64,000 nucleotides of DNA from an uncultured candidate division Zixibacteria bacterium (GTDB lineage Bacteria; Zixibacteria; MSB-5A5; GN15; FEB-12). The stretch covers positions 224,001 to 288,000 of the forward strand of contig CAVTJJ010000004.1 in assembly GCA_963735035.1 (NCBI GenBank). Direction: 5' to 3'. A model generated the notes under the pieces. It saw only the letters and a program-made list of their open reading frames with translations, was not told the DNA's origin and searched no databases. Shown piece after piece: positions 10,836 through 20,900 of this stretch (positions are counted from its first letter, which is position 1; every line of letters starts with the position of its first letter). The position numbers and the translations under genes are program-made.

Positions 10836-11285
10836 ATGAAGAGAACGGTCGCAGGTATGTTGGCGATCGCGCTGATAGCGTTCGTCGGATGCAAAAAGGA
10901 ACAGAAGGGGCCAATGGAACCAGAGATTTTTTCCAAACCGTCAGGTGTGCGTTATCAGGAACTCGTAGTCGGTACCGGCGCCGAGGCCGCGCTCGGGTCA
11001 AAGGTTCAATGTCACTACACGCTCTGGTTGGGTGACAACACCGGCCTCGTGAAGACGGGGGAAATGCTTCAAAGCTCCAAAACCAACAACCAGCCTCTCA
11101 CCTGTACGCTTGGCCAGGGTTTGATCAACGGCTGGTCCGACGGTATGGCCGGCATGAAAGAAGGCGGCACCCGACGTCTCTTTGTCCCCTGGTCGCAGGG
11201 GTACGGTGAGAGGGGTCGTCCGCCCGTGATTCCGGCCAAAGCCAATCTGATTTTCGAAATTGAATATTTGAAGGCCGTGAAATAA
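10836..11285 (+). CDS. FKBP-type PPIase 2 (lipoprotein)
   Basis: Lipobox FVGC. Domain nearly identical to the upstream FKBP. Confidence 0.9.
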   Translation: MKRTVAGMLAIALIAFVGCKKEQKGPMEPEIFSKPSGVRYQELVVGTGAEAALGSKVQCHYTLWLGDNTGLVKTGEMLQSSKTNNQPLTCTLGQGLINGWSDGMAGMKEGGTRRLFVPWSQGYGERGRPPVIPAKANLIFEIEYLKAVK

Positions 11286-11294
11286 GGAGCCTCG

Positions 11295-11960
11295 ATGAAG
11301 AAGACAGTTATAGGGTTATTGCTGATAGCTTCGCTACTGGTGGCCGGTTGCGGTACCAAAGAAGGGGAATCGACCTCTCAAACTAAGACTGACGCGGCCG
11401 CTCAGCCTGCCGGTGGCCAGCCGACTGCGGAGCAACAACGGTATGCGGTCGACCTCAAAATGAACCCGTCGGGGGTTCGCATTGAGGAAATGACGGTGGG
11501 TACCGGCAACGAGATTGTCAAAGGCAGCAACGTGGTCTTTGATTACAACTGCTGGACGGCCGATGGTACCGGACTGGTAAAGCGCCAGGGCGTAGGTACA
11601 TCGGTGGGTCGACCGGGACAAGCTTTCAAGTGCGAGGTGGGTGTTCACCCCCTGCCGGGTCTGAGCGACGGGGTAATGGGAATGAGGGCTGGCGGTAGCC
11701 GGCGTATTTTTGTGCCGGCGTCGCTGGGATTCCCGGCCGGACACCCGATGGCCGGTAATAACCTCATTTACGAGGTCATTGGCATTCAGGAAATTGCTCC
11801 CGAAGAAGTCACCCATTTCCAGGATTCCCTGACCAATCGCCTGGTTTTGATTCGGCATATCCAGGATAGTATTCAGAAAGCCACGCCGGATTCGTTGCGT
11901 GACGAGACGAAATTGGACAGCCTCGGGAATATTATAGAGACGGCCGAGGGCAAACAATAG
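11295..11960 (+). CDS. Divergent FKBP-like lipoprotein 3
   Basis: Lipobox VAGC; PSGVRIEE, GLSDGVMGMRAGGSRRIFVPASLGF, NLIYEV; C-terminal extension. Confidence 0.8.
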   Translation: MKKTVIGLLLIASLLVAGCGTKEGESTSQTKTDAAAQPAGGQPTAEQQRYAVDLKMNPSGVRIEEMTVGTGNEIVKGSNVVFDYNCWTADGTGLVKRQGVGTSVGRPGQAFKCEVGVHPLPGLSDGVMGMRAGGSRRIFVPASLGFPAGHPMAGNNLIYEVIGIQEIAPEEVTHFQDSLTNRLVLIRHIQDSIQKATPDSLRDETKLDSLGNIIETAEGKQ

Positions 11961-11970
11961 CGAAAATGGG

Positions 11971-11998
11971 TTGACTTCGGGCCGCCGGTTGATATTTT
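11971..11998 (+). promoter_or_regulatory. sigma70-like promoter of the tRNA pair
   Basis: TTGACT-N16-TATTTT about 40 bp upstream of the first tRNA. Confidence 0.45.
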
Positions 11999-12039
11999 AC
12001 AGGCCCCTGAAATTTGGCCCGAGTTCGGGATAGATTGAT

Positions 12040-12111
12040 GGGGGTGTAGCTCAGTGGTAGAGCAGTTGCCTTTTAAGCAACGGGCCGATGGTTCAATCCC
12101 ATCCACCCTCA
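12040..12111 (+). tRNA. tRNA-Lys (anticodon TTT)
   Basis: Cloverleaf: acceptor GGGGGTG/CACCCTC, D arm GCTC/GAGC, anticodon arm GTTGC-CTTTTAA-GCAAC, T loop TTCAAT. No encoded CCA. Confidence 0.95.
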
Positions 12112-12141
12112 GATCTATCGCCAGGGCCCGAAATAGAAAAT

Positions 12142-12214
<73 letters not shown>

Positions 12215-12326
12215 TTTTTTTATTGGTAGCGATCGCGTTAGCGTGGGCCCCATCAGATTTTCAAATCATAGTACGTGGGAGAGACGCCTGGAGGGGTGTG
12301 GTGCTGTTGTGTGAGCAATTGTCGCG

Positions 12327-13130
12327 CTAATTGCTATTCAATCCAAAAGCCCTGCTCCCCAGCTTTTTCTTGGTGAGAATCTCTTGGCTTATTACTTCGA
12401 CTTTCGTAGCGCTCGGTTCGAGGACTCGAAGAATCGAAAACTGAAACTGCTTGTTGCGAGCAGGTCTCTTCATAAGGAGCTCTTCAATGAGCGCATTCCC
12501 GCCTGACGGAGACTTTACGTAGCTTCGCCATCTTGCCCAGATTCCTCCGTTGCCATAAGCACTACCCACATATTGCTTGCCAGAGCGTTGATCCAATAGG
12601 ACGTAAACACCGCTAACTGACGATAGCATCCGTTGCCACTCCCGATTAGAATCTGGGTTTCTAACCATCGTGGCAAGCTGATCATAGGAGAGAACAAAGT
12701 TGTAATAACCGGGGAAGTCCATCACGTAGTTGGGCGGAAGCAGTTCAACGATGTCTTTGTTGCCTTGTCGATGTAGCCATTGGGCCCAAGACCTAGTTCC
12801 TTCACCCCACTGAACAATTAGGCGATGCTGCAAGTCTTCAAAGCCGGGAAGTTCCCTTGTTCTGTAACGGAACCCCTTCTTCTTCTTCTTGCTCTTTGAA
12901 GTAATCTCCCATACCCCTACAAACTTGGCATATCTATTTCGCTCTGCGATGAAACTTATCACGTACCTAGCATCCCCAAATACATCCCACGACTGGCTAT
13001 TTTGATACCGACTGAATCGATTAGTGCTCCGTAGCTCCCATAAATCCTGCTGCGATGTCTTGTGGCGAAGAACTTTCACCCAATGATCATTACGAAAGCG
13101 CTCAAACTGTTGTAGGTCTGTAAGTTTCAT
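12327..13130 (-). CDS. GIY-YIG nuclease family protein
   Basis: SGVYVLLD...KQYVGSAYG..GIWARW..Y and a downstream conserved Glu helix; ends GLNSN. Confidence 0.88.
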   Translation of the reverse strand: MKLTDLQQFERFRNDHWVKVLRHKTSQQDLWELRSTNRFSRYQNSQSWDVFGDARYVISFIAERNRYAKFVGVWEITSKSKKKKKGFRYRTRELPGFEDLQHRLIVQWGEGTRSWAQWLHRQGNKDIVELLPPNYVMDFPGYYNFVLSYDQLATMVRNPDSNREWQRMLSSVSGVYVLLDQRSGKQYVGSAYGNGGIWARWRSYVKSPSGGNALIEELLMKRPARNKQFQFSILRVLEPSATKVEVISQEILTKKKLGSRAFGLNSN

Positions 13131-13238
13131 GAGTTCTCGATTTGCTTTTCTTTGTATCCACTATAGACCGCATAGATAATGGTGTCAATCAGTTTGTAGT
13201 TGGTCAGCTTAGATTAGGCGGGTGAGGATAGCTGACAG

Positions 13239-14570
13239 CTAAGATCGCGACGACTTTTCTGGGGCCTTCAGTATCGGTGAAACGTCAGAGAGAACAAGGT
13301 TGAGCCCTTCTTTCATCCGCTTGAAGAGTTCACTCGCCAATTCTCCCTTGTCATCTAGTTTACGAGCAACGTCTATCGGAATTCTGTAATGAATTCCGAT
13401 AGAAGGACAAATGTTGAATTTAGTGTAGCTGGATGTTTCAATCCTGGACCCAATATCGGACTCATTCTTTTCAGTAATATTGACTAGTCCTTCAGCCTCA
13501 AGTTTCCTAATGAGTTCAAGCACTTCTCTGCGATCATGTTGTCTAATCGACGCGGAGTTACTCCGCCAAAAGTCGTAATACTCTTTGATTCGACTTTCGG
13601 GACAGTCCAATCGTAACAACACTCTTTGAGCAAAAGCTATGTGGAAGTTGGGCTGAATTACCCAGTCAGCCACAAGACTTTTCTTGACATGCTCATAACT
13701 TAGATTTCGCTTGTAAAAAGCCTTGGATTGGGATTGAGTGTCGCCGTAATACAGGCTGACAGTGAGATGACCAGAATTCTCCGAGATGTTCTCATCTATT
13801 ACACCGATTGACCAGATTTCGGGTAATCCGAAATTCATGCAAATGCCCCACCCCGTGTGATATCTCACCAAACTCTTAGGGCCGGCTACAAGGGATAGCA
13901 GATTCCTTATTCTCCTCCTAATCAGCGAATCATCATTGCCGCATTGCGACAAGTGGTCGAATGGGTTCAGGTTGGAAAATCGCTCGCTTACAAGTGACAA
14001 GAAGTCATCAATAATCAATCCCTCAGCTCCGCCTACAGACTCCATACTTCGAATCTGATTCAAGGACCTAATGATATTCTTCCATTCCACTACTGAAGGA
14101 ACCTCTATTAGAATTGAATCCTCTGGTAAGCTCTTCACACTTGGGTTTAACTGTTCTCTCCATACATGACCATGATTGGGCTTGTTCTCAATTATGATTG
14201 ATAGCTCGCCGCCGAAATTGATGACTCCATCATAGATGGCACTTCGGTTAGATGGCTTGATCGTGATATCCTCGCCGATCCATTCGTCAGTCAATAGAAC
14301 CGACAAGACAGCACCAACTTGTTCATCGCAAATTGTGGAAGTCTGGGTTTCAAAGTCTACGTCAGAAACCGGGAGGACGCTGGAAGAAGGCAACTTGACT
14401 TGGATGCCTAGTTTATCTGCTCTGTCTAAGCAGGATACCCGAATCGCGTCATAAAATGAGAGAAGCGCGATAGGACTAAACCTCAACAAGACCAAGAAGG
14501 CTCTTGTAAGATGGTCCTCATGTCCCTGGGGCTTAGATTCATACGGTTCAAAGTAGTTCATGTGGGACAT
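13239..14570 (-). CDS. Hypothetical protein with a PD-(D/E)XK nuclease-like N-terminal domain
   Basis: HEDHLT helix, then YDGVI...IIIENK...EQL pattern. AT-rich codon use. Confidence 0.65.
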   Translation of the reverse strand: MSHMNYFEPYESKPQGHEDHLTRAFLVLLRFSPIALLSFYDAIRVSCLDRADKLGIQVKLPSSSVLPVSDVDFETQTSTICDEQVGAVLSVLLTDEWIGEDITIKPSNRSAIYDGVINFGGELSIIIENKPNHGHVWREQLNPSVKSLPEDSILIEVPSVVEWKNIIRSLNQIRSMESVGGAEGLIIDDFLSLVSERFSNLNPFDHLSQCGNDDSLIRRRIRNLLSLVAGPKSLVRYHTGWGICMNFGLPEIWSIGVIDENISENSGHLTVSLYYGDTQSQSKAFYKRNLSYEHVKKSLVADWVIQPNFHIAFAQRVLLRLDCPESRIKEYYDFWRSNSASIRQHDRREVLELIRKLEAEGLVNITEKNESDIGSRIETSSYTKFNICPSIGIHYRIPIDVARKLDDKGELASELFKRMKEGLNLVLSDVSPILKAPEKSSRS

Positions 14571-14720
14571 GGCTATCACCCTCTCCTTTGCTATCCCTAA
14601 TATGCGCTATCAGGATTCATACACCGAAAAACATAAATCAAAGTATCACCATTTGCAACCTTTACCGCCTAATCACTTATGATCGCCCACTCTTCATAAC
14701 GGGCGGCTCACCCTACGGGT

Positions 14721-14800
14721 GGGTTTCCCCTGAGTTTCCCAATCAGCGGTTCGCGGGCTTCGTCAGGCTGAGCCTGGGCGCGCCCCTGATGGCATATTTC
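14721..14800 (+). repeat. tRNA-Lys 3'-half-derived repeat, copy 1 (att-like, 18-nt T-loop insertion)
   Basis: AATCAGCGGttcgcGGGcTTCGt[CAGGCTGAGCCTGGGCGC]GcCCCTGATGGCaTATTT aligns to tRNA 12178-12217. Confidence 0.75.
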
Positions 14801-14819
14801 CCCCGCGAAATATGAAATC

Positions 14820-14847
14820 TTGACAAAATAGACCCATCCGGTATATT
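14820..14847 (+). promoter_or_regulatory. sigma70-like promoter
   Basis: TTGACA-N16-TATATT upstream of 14953. Confidence 0.5.
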
Positions 14848-14952
14848 GTAAAATATACTACCGGCCGAGCACGGCGCTGCCTCCCGGAATCAGACCTATC
14901 TGAACACCATCTCGCAGTGATACGGTCCTCTTCGACCACAGGAGCACATATT

Positions 14953-17394
14953 ATGCGCGTGAGATTCCTGATCGTACTTGTAGCGGTTCTGGCAGGATTG
15001 TGGTCGGTCTCGGTCATAGCCGCAGAAACCGATCAGTCAACCAACCAGGCAGGAGTCGATAACGGCCACGGTACTAGCATGGCTGATTGCTGTGTCGGTC
15101 GAGTAGGCGATGCCAATGGGATCGGCGGCGACGAGCCTACTATCGGTGATATTTCGGCCATGATCGATGCCATATTCATTACCGGAACTTGTGATGGTAT
15201 TCTCAACTGTCTTACAGAAGCGGATCTCAACCAGTCCGGAGGCGCAAACCCAACGTGTAATGATATTACTATAGGTGATATCTCCATTCTGATCGACTAC
15301 GTGTTCATAAGCGGCCAGGAAAATATGGATTTGCTCCCCTGTGGCGGTACGATGTCTCCCGGAGCGCGCATGCAGACGATGGCGGCGGTCAATCAAGTCT
15401 GCGATTCTCTGGCTGGTGACCCGCTGTTCAATTCGAAACTGCTCACCTATCTGCAATCCCGCCCCGAGTTCGAGGATTCCGGCTTGTCGGAATCATCCTC
15501 GAATGTCTGGGCGCGCTTTACGGACGGGGTCCTTCTGATTTTCAGCGGCAACCGGGCGGGTGCTACGACCGGATCGGCGTCTGACCTGACCGATTCCTTC
15601 CCGAGTGTCCAGACCCAGCAATACTCATCCGGGCGCGGCGGGCAACCACAGCCGGGCAATGCGTTAAGTCCCGAAGCTTACCTCACCGGTTTGCCCAAGA
15701 GATCGTCGGTACGCATGCTCAACACGCTGGGGGCCTGGTTCAGACCGATCACCGGCACGCTGGGCAGCTGGCTTTCCAGCCAGGGGTACGTGGTAGGGAA
15801 TAGAGATGAGACAGTTACGGGGTTGCGCAACGTTGGGGGCGACGGAGTATTCTTTTTCAGTACCCACGGTGGCGACGGGCGCGCGCGCGGCTCCAATGGT
15901 GCGGTTGTAGTCTATGGACTCTGGACTTCCACAATCGCCGACAGCACCAATCTTGGCCCGTATCTGCAGGACTTGCTGACCGGTCGACTCTGCCTTCAGG
16001 ACGGGCCAATCGATCTCGACCCCCAGGGCCGTCAAATCTGGCAATTGCATTATGGCATAACGCCGAAATTTGTCAGCTACTACTGGAGGAACTTTGCCGA
16101 GGATGCGATGGTATATATCGACGCCTGCGGGAGTGACGGCGCAGCGGCTCAGGAACTCAAGGCCGCCATCATGGCCAAGAACGCCTCGGTCTATTTCGGC
16201 TGGACTCATGTTGTAGCCTCCGACGCGTCCAATCTGGTAGCCAAGTTCATGTTCGATCGCCTCCTGGGAGCTAACCTTGCACCGCCGCTGGAAGATCCGG
16301 CGCAACGCCCGTTCGACTATGAAGATGTCTATAATGATCTTGCCAACCGGGGTCTCAATGTTCATACAAGCACCGACCCCGGCAGCACCACAACTTTCCA
16401 GTACACGGCCGGTCCGGGGGCGTTCGGTCTGCTCGCGCCAAGTATCCGGGAATTCTTCATAGATGAAGCCAACGACAAGATATATGTGCTCGGCCAGTTT
16501 GGTGATGATCCCGGGCCGGATATGCGGCGAGTTACGGTCAACGGTGAGGAACTTCCGGTCGACACCTGGGATGGCCTCATGATCGTTGCGAACATTCCGA
16601 ACTCAGGCTCCGGCTCGGCCGGGCCGTTGGTTGTCGAGACACGCGTTCCAGTCGACGATGGGGGGCTCGTACCCCTCATCTATCGCAAGAGTAATACGGT
16701 CAATATTTCGGAGTGGAAAGGACAGTTCCGATACACCGAAGTGAATGCCGGAGCACTGCACCTATACATAACCATGAACTTGCATTTGCGAACTGACCTG
16801 CAGCCGTACCGCCGAATGCCACACGAGGCCCCCTTGGATACGGTCCGTTCATTTGATGGCGCCGACGATTCTTACGGCAGTATAGCGGCATCCGGGACTC
16901 TCTCGGAACCGATCAACGAAGCAATGACTCTTATTCAGACGTGGTCTGGTGGCCGCAACCTGCCCGGCACCTGGGACAACTCGGATCCCAATGCGAACTT
17001 CGGTGTCTGGGGGAATGCAAGCGCGATTGGTCATTGGATGAAATTACTGCTGTTCCCCCACGCGCTGGACGGTTACACCTACACATTCACAGTGACCGGA
17101 GACGGGGGTTACACCGACTCCTATACGACAGAAGCGGTAATCTATAGTGGTTTGTACGACCATCCGGAAAGTATGAGTTTCGATCTAGTCTTGGACAGCC
17201 ACTGGAATATCAGCGCTGGAGCGCGGACGCTTACGATTCCTACTAGCAGCTCCATGCTCAATCCATGTTGCACGGATTTCCGAATCGAGTGGGACCAAAT
17301 AACCTGCAGCTTTCCTCCCGATTTGGCGACCCCGCAGGCCCCGCCGAACCAAGATGGCCCTACACCCACGGCAACGGTCTCGAGTAGTAGGTGA
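14953..17394 (+). CDS. Secreted protein: N-terminal dockerin-like domain, putative clan CD (caspase/gingipain-like) domain, IPT/TIG-like domain
   Basis: GGAG RBS and signal peptide; CCVGRVGDANG..EPTIGDI..ADLNQSGG..ITIGDI..LLPC; VFFFSTHGG and YIDACGS motifs. Confidence 0.75.
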   Translation: MRVRFLIVLVAVLAGLWSVSVIAAETDQSTNQAGVDNGHGTSMADCCVGRVGDANGIGGDEPTIGDISAMIDAIFITGTCDGILNCLTEADLNQSGGANPTCNDITIGDISILIDYVFISGQENMDLLPCGGTMSPGARMQTMAAVNQVCDSLAGDPLFNSKLLTYLQSRPEFEDSGLSESSSNVWARFTDGVLLIFSGNRAGATTGSASDLTDSFPSVQTQQYSSGRGGQPQPGNALSPEAYLTGLPKRSSVRMLNTLGAWFRPITGTLGSWLSSQGYVVGNRDETVTGLRNVGGDGVFFFSTHGGDGRARGSNGAVVVYGLWTSTIADSTNLGPYLQDLLTGRLCLQDGPIDLDPQGRQIWQLHYGITPKFVSYYWRNFAEDAMVYIDACGSDGAAAQELKAAIMAKNASVYFGWTHVVASDASNLVAKFMFDRLLGANLAPPLEDPAQRPFDYEDVYNDLANRGLNVHTSTDPGSTTTFQYTAGPGAFGLLAPSIREFFIDEANDKIYVLGQFGDDPGPDMRRVTVNGEELPVDTWDGLMIVANIPNSGSGSAGPLVVETRVPVDDGGLVPLIYRKSNTVNISEWKGQFRYTEVNAGALHLYITMNLHLRTDLQPYRRMPHEAPLDTVRSFDGADDSYGSIAASGTLSEPINEAMTLIQTWSGGRNLPGTWDNSDPNANFGVWGNASAIGHWMKLLLFPHALDGYTYTFTVTGDGGYTDSYTTEAVIYSGLYDHPESMSFDLVLDSHWNISAGARTLTIPTSSSMLNPCCTDFRIEWDQITCSFPPDLATPQAPPNQDGPTPTATVSSSR

Positions 17395-17409
17395 CAACGC
17401 TGGTCGTCT

Positions 17410-17547
17410 GATTTGCCTGAGGCAATCTCAAATCTTAGTGGGCGGCAGACCTCCTGGTCTGCCCCTGGCACGGGGCACACGGGGACGTGTGCCGCCCACG
17501 GAGAAGAGATCGCCACGGCTCCGATCAAGTCGTTGCCTCGCGATGAC
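17410..17547. repeat. REP/BIME-like cluster
   Basis: GCAATCTC...GGGCGGCAGAC..GTCTGCCCC...GAGATCGCCACG..CTCGCGATGAC, units shared with 3586, 30069 and 49307. Confidence 0.65.
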
Positions 17548-17580
17548 GGGCTCGGGTCTATTTCAACACTCCCTCTGTGA

Positions 17581-17660
17581 GGGTTTCTCTTGATTCGTTT
17601 AATCAGCGGGACCGGGGTTCGACAGGCTGAGCCTTTGCTCGTCCCTGTCGGCGTATTTTT
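17581..17660 (+). repeat. tRNA-Lys 3'-half-derived repeat, copy 2 (att-like, 18-nt T-loop insertion)
   Basis: TTAATCAGCGGGaCCGGGGTTCGA[CAGGCTGAGCCTTTGCTC]GTCCCTGtcGGCGTATTTTT. Confidence 0.85.
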
Positions 17661-17783
17661 GTTGTCTGAATGTCACTGCTTAACGCAAATTGTAGGTCTG
17701 GAGGCTTGTCCTCCTTACACTCCGCTGTCTGTGACAATGATGTCCGGAGGTAGACTCCTAACACTTCGATAGGTAGGTGAACC

Positions 17784-19007
17784 ATGAAGCAACTCTTCCA
17801 TAGTCTTTTCTCCCAGGCCGAGGGTATGCCTTTCAGCATCACCTACCCCGATAAGACAACCGTCAAGTACGGCGGCGCGGGTGATTCCACATTCAACCTC
17901 ATCTTCAAGACCGAAAAAGCTATGCGCGCCCTAATGGTCAATGTCGACCTCGGTTTCGGCGAAGCCTACATGGTGGGGGACATCGAAATCGAAGGCAAGA
18001 TGACCGACCTCATGACCATGGTTTTGACCTCCAACCTTGTGAGCGCCTTCCGCAAAGTGGTCTATCGCCCAGGTAACATACTCCGTCACCTCCCGGGTCA
18101 GGCGCGTGTCTTCTGGCATTACTTATATCAGCGTCATACGTACCAGAACGACAAGAGGTTCATCTCCGAACCGTATGATCTCGGCAATGATTTCTATGCG
18201 CTCTGGCTGGACAAGGATATGCAGTATACCTGCGGCTATTTCAAGACGCCCCAGGATTCCATTGATCTCGCTCAGGAGCAGAAGCGCGAGCAACTGTGCC
18301 GCAAACTCTCTCTGAAGCCGGGCGAGACGCTTCTGGACATCGGTTGTGGCTGGGGCGGCATGATCATCTATGCTGCCAAGCATTATGGTATCACCGGACT
18401 GGGCGTGACCCTCTCAAAGGAGCAAGCCGAAGAATCGAACAGGCGGATCGAGAAAGCCGGATTGAGTAACAAGATTCACGTCGAGCACGCCGACTATCGC
18501 GACCTCCCCAAGCAGGGTCGAGTGTTCGACAAAGTTATCTCAGTGGGCTGTCTGGAGCACATCGGCAAGGCGAACCACGATCTCTTCTTCTCGATCGCCA
18601 AGCAGTCGCTCAAGCCGGGGGGGACGTTTGTGCTTCACACCATCGGCAAATTGAAACCGGGACCGGGACTTGCTTTCGGCAACAAGCACGTATTTCCGGG
18701 TGTGTACACCGCGACCCTCGCAGAGATTAGCTTGTGTCTTGAAAAGCTCAACATGCGGATCCAGGATGTCGAGAACATGCGGCTGCACTACTCCTACACT
18801 ACCCAGAGGTGGTTGGATGCGTTCGAGGCGCATGTCGATGAAATCCGCGAAATGTACGACGAGCAACTCGTGCGACTGTTTCGCATCTATCTCAGCCACG
18901 GCGTGGCTCTGATGCGGTACGGCAACAACGAACTTTATCAGCTTATCATCACGCCGGGTATCGACAACGAGCGCCCTCTGACGCGTGATTATCTCTACTC
19001 TAAGTAA
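17784..19007 (+). CDS. cfa: Cyclopropane-fatty-acyl-phospholipid synthase family methyltransferase
   Basis: FGEAYM, YDLGNDFYALWLD..MQYTCGYF, LLDIGCGWG, SVGCLEH, VFPG, HYSYT. Confidence 0.85.
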   Translation: MKQLFHSLFSQAEGMPFSITYPDKTTVKYGGAGDSTFNLIFKTEKAMRALMVNVDLGFGEAYMVGDIEIEGKMTDLMTMVLTSNLVSAFRKVVYRPGNILRHLPGQARVFWHYLYQRHTYQNDKRFISEPYDLGNDFYALWLDKDMQYTCGYFKTPQDSIDLAQEQKREQLCRKLSLKPGETLLDIGCGWGGMIIYAAKHYGITGLGVTLSKEQAEESNRRIEKAGLSNKIHVEHADYRDLPKQGRVFDKVISVGCLEHIGKANHDLFFSIAKQSLKPGGTFVLHTIGKLKPGPGLAFGNKHVFPGVYTATLAEISLCLEKLNMRIQDVENMRLHYSYTTQRWLDAFEAHVDEIREMYDEQLVRLFRIYLSHGVALMRYGNNELYQLIITPGIDNERPLTRDYLYSK

Positions 19008-19061
19008 TCGACGATTCCCGTGACTACGGCCCTACCGACACAACGGTAGGACGTTATTTGA

Positions 19062-19092
19062 AAGAGGCAGGTGAAACAAACACCTGCCTCTT
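19062..19092. terminator. Hairpin terminator between convergent genes
   Basis: AAGAGGCAGGTG-AAACAAA-CACCTGCCTCTT. Confidence 0.7.
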
Positions 19093-19124
19093 CTATAGGA
19101 GAGCTAATGAATATTTGTGGCTCG

Positions 19125-19657
19125 TCATTTCTTCGGTCCCAGCACGGAGCAGCGGTAGAGTTCGGTAGTCGTCGTCAACGTAATCTCAGGATTCACGCCC
19201 GCGGCTGCAGCCAGTACCTGATTGTCCGAATAGAACTGATGCGGGGTGAAGCCGGGATTGAAGCTGATTTCGACTTCCACCCAGAGCGGGTTGAAACCGT
19301 CACCCTGAATGGCATCCAACACCGGGATAAACGGCTGGTTGGCCAGCTGGTCGGGATCCATCTCATAGATGTTGTTAATCGACTTGTTGTGCGCCAGTAG
19401 AGCCGTTTCGGCGTTAGCCGGCAACTCCATGAAGTTGATTGTGAACAAGGTGCTGTCGTAATACGCGGGCATCGCACTCGCCCGGCCGTTCAGCGAGCAT
19501 CGCTCGCGATCTGTGCCGCCAGGGAGGTTTGAGAGAAGTTGGCCGCGTTCGCAGGTCCGGTCAAGCTGGCCGGGCTCTTCGCACACGAGACTGCCAGAAA
19601 CGTCAGCCCAACGATCAGCCCAACACCGATCATCCTTGAAAACGCCTGTCGTCCCAT
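19125..19657 (-). CDS. Hypothetical lipoprotein (frameshift ~19497)
   Basis: AAGGAG RBS and ATG 19657 give MGRQAFSRMIGVGLIVGLTFLAVSC (lipobox). The globular part (PAYYD..FNPLW..YRCSV) is in another frame. Confidence 0.65.
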
Positions 19658-19967
19658 AACGATCTCCTTTGAAGAAAGCTTCGGTTACCTATTAATTCCT
19701 TATAACTCCACAAACGTATTTCTTGTTAACCAGAATTGCTTTTGACAGGTTCCCGAGTGGAGCTAAATTCCACGCCCCTGAGACAGGAGCCCGACCTGCC
19801 AACAACTATCGGCGTGACTGCTTTGGGAGAGAGCGGAAGTAGATTGCCGTGTGACCCGGCGGGGACACCGGCGTGTGGAGTTATGTGTCCGGGTTACTAA
19901 CCGCACCCGCTTTGAGCGACGTGGCGGACCCAACGGAGAGGCTATCGTTGATAACCAGAAGAATCCA

Positions 19968-20900
19968 CTATTTCTTGTAAACGTCCGTACTCAGGTACTT
20001 CATTCCGGAATCAACCATCAGCGTAGCTATTCTGGCTTCAGGCCCCAGTCGTTCGGCCACTCGAATAGCCGCTACCACATTCGCTCCCGAGGATGTCCCC
20101 GCAAAGAGGCCTTCTTCCCGTGCCAGGCGACGGGCCATCGCTTTGGCGTCGTCGGTACTAACCGCAACAATTTCGTCCACCAGACCCGGCTCCCAGAGCG
20201 GGGGCGTATAGCCTATGCCTACACCTTCAATCTTATGCGGTCCCGGCTGGCCGCCTGAGAGTATTGCCGATTCGGCCGGCTCTACAACTATCATCTTGAG
20301 TTTGGGATTATAACGCTTCAACACAGTCGCCACACCCCGCGCCGAAGCCCCCGTGCCGACACAATGAACGAACGCATCGACTTTGCCGCTCGTCTGGTTC
20401 CAGATTTCCTCCGCCAAAGGATAGTACCCGGCAATACTGTCGACGTTGCTCAATTGGTTTGTCCAGTATGTATGCGGTCTCTTGCTGATCTCACGGGCGA
20501 CTTCGATCATATCCAGAATCAACTTTTTGGTGGTCAAGCCTCCCTCACTGGGTACCAGGGTCAGTTCCGCACCGAGCGCGGCCATATGTTTCAACTTCTC
20601 CTGGCTGAAGGCATCGGACGTTACTATATGAATTTGGTACCCCTTGGCCACACAGACGAGGGCGAGCGATATGCCCGTGCTGCCGCCGGTGTACTCAACG
20701 AGCGTATCCCCCGGTTTCAGTCGGCCGTCTTCCTCAGCCTTCGCAATCATGGCCTGGGCCGTGCGGTCCTTCATGCTTCCGGTCGGATTCTCCCACTCGA
20801 GCTTCACAAATATCTTCGCACATCCTGGCGGGACAACCTTGCGTAGTTGCACGATCGAGGTGTTTCCAATGGCCTGGAGAATATTGGTGCTGATATTCAT
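19968..20900 (-). CDS. PLP-dependent cysteine synthase family protein
   Basis: KLEWENPTGSMKDR, TGGSTG, VGTG, HKIEGVG, EEGLFAGTSSGAN, DSGMKYLST. Confidence 0.92.
   Translation of the reverse strand: MNISTNILQAIGNTSIVQLRKVVPPGCAKIFVKLEWENPTGSMKDRTAQAMIAKAEEDGRLKPGDTLVEYTGGSTGISLALVCVAKGYQIHIVTSDAFSQEKLKHMAALGAELTLVPSEGGLTTKKLILDMIEVAREISKRPHTYWTNQLSNVDSIAGYYPLAEEIWNQTSGKVDAFVHCVGTGASARGVATVLKRYNPKLKMIVVEPAESAILSGGQPGPHKIEGVGIGYTPPLWEPGLVDEIVAVSTDDAKAMARRLAREEGLFAGTSSGANVVAAIRVAERLGPEARIATLMVDSGMKYLSTDVYKK

Noticed and set aside
14721..17660. Functional or intron-containing tRNA genes at the two tRNA-like repeats
   Set aside because: No 5' acceptor strand or D arm, and the anticodon loop is degenerate.
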